Shown: one piece after another, positions 63,388 through 64,000 of the stretch
How the letters are laid out: the number at the start of each line of letters is the position of its first letter
How positions within the stretch are numbered: position 1 is the first letter of the stretch
Source: an uncultured Verrucomicrobiae bacterium
GTDB lineage: Bacteria > Verrucomicrobiota > Verrucomicrobiia > Limisphaerales > Palsa-1400
DNA: 64,000 nt
Assembly: GCA_963707025.1 (NCBI GenBank)
Contig: CAVPOM010000018.1
Coordinates: 32,001-96,000, forward strand
Direction of reading: 5' to 3'
Made by a program: the position numbers and the translations under genes
Notes under the pieces: model-generated
The model's database searches: none
The model's input: only the letters and a program-made list of their open reading frames with translations
What the model was told of the DNA's origin: nothing

Positions 63388-64000
63388 TTACCGTGTGGCC
63401 GGAATCGCCGCAGCCCTGGGGGCGGCGGCGGCGTAAGCCGGTGCCGCCACCGGTGGAACGGTGGAAAATCTCAGCGCGACAATGCCCGGTTGCCCGCCCG
63501 GCCAGAGCGGCGCAAGGAACGCAGTCCCCGGATTGCCGACAGCCGCGGCCTTCCCGCCCAGGCCAACTTGCGCCAAGGAAACGGACATGACGCTGTTCGC
63601 AGGCAGATTCGTTCGGGCGGCAAGGGTGAGCACTTTGGTTTCGTTGGGACCGAGGGCAAGCGCCAGTTCTTCGTGCCACAGAATTGACGGTATCGGCATC
63701 GCCCGCGAGAACAGACTAACCGGCGCCGCAGCGGACAGGGTCGCGCAAACAGAAACGACCGAAGGCTGTTGGAGCGTGTTGACCGCCCGAAGTTCAAATT
63801 CAGGCTGATCGCCCGCCTTGAACTCGCGGCCATTGGCGCAGGAGAGTGTCATCTCAATGCCGTTGGCGGCCAGCTTGGGTTTGGCGATGGTCGCCGCCAG
63901 GGGATTTGCGTCGTTTCCCGACATGAGCGGGCTGGCCAGAAACGCCACGGTGAGTGTGGCGGTCCCCAGGGCCGCGGTCGCGATTTTCAAAAGGTCGTTT
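63388..64000 (-). CDS. Secreted hypothetical protein; 5' end probably just outside the window
   Basis: Frame open to the window edge, signal-peptide-like start, 12 bp from the next gene. Confidence 0.6.
   Translation of the reverse strand, partial: NDLLKIATAALGTATLTVAFLASPLMSGNDANPLAATIAKPKLAANGIEMTLSCANGREFKAGDQPEFELRAVNTLQQPSVVSVCATLSAAAPVSLFSRAMPIPSILWHEELALALGPNETKVLTLAARTNLPANSVMSVSLAQVGLGGKAAAVGNPGTAFLAPLWPGGQPGIVALRFSTVPPVAAPAYAAAAPRAAAIPATR

Overview
GC-rich (~64%, estimated by eye) bacterial chromosomal window. Gene style and intergenic repeats suggest Verrucomicrobiota subdivision 3 (Pedosphaera/Limisphaera-like); this is inference only. Main content: a secreted PA14-domain gene with an IS630 inserted just upstream; several peptidases and Tat oxidoreductases; a complete alternative complex III operon (actABCDEF plus actG-like) followed by a cbb3-like module; housekeeping genes (eda, aroG, chdC/hemQ, prmC, murA, pfkA, tRNA-fMet); an AAA-ATPase/DUF4276-like pair; an extended ECF sigma factor; and an alpha-2-macroglobulin/pbpC locus. 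Two things stand out. (1) The CcoN-fold subunit at the end of the ACIII operon has lost five of six canonical heme/copper histidines and the cross-linked Tyr, while its CcoO-like and cytochrome c partners keep their heme motifs, suggesting a non-oxidase 'pseudo-cbb3' module. (2) Intergenic spacers carry a family of telomere-like hexamer arrays, (TAATCY)n paired with (RGATTA)n, often as inverted pairs whose mismatches read as G-U wobbles on the transcribed strand, alongside 7-, 8- and 10-bp period arrays and REP-like palindromes, one of them read in frame inside pbpC. About ten single-base frameshifts in otherwise intact genes probably reflect long-read assembly error.
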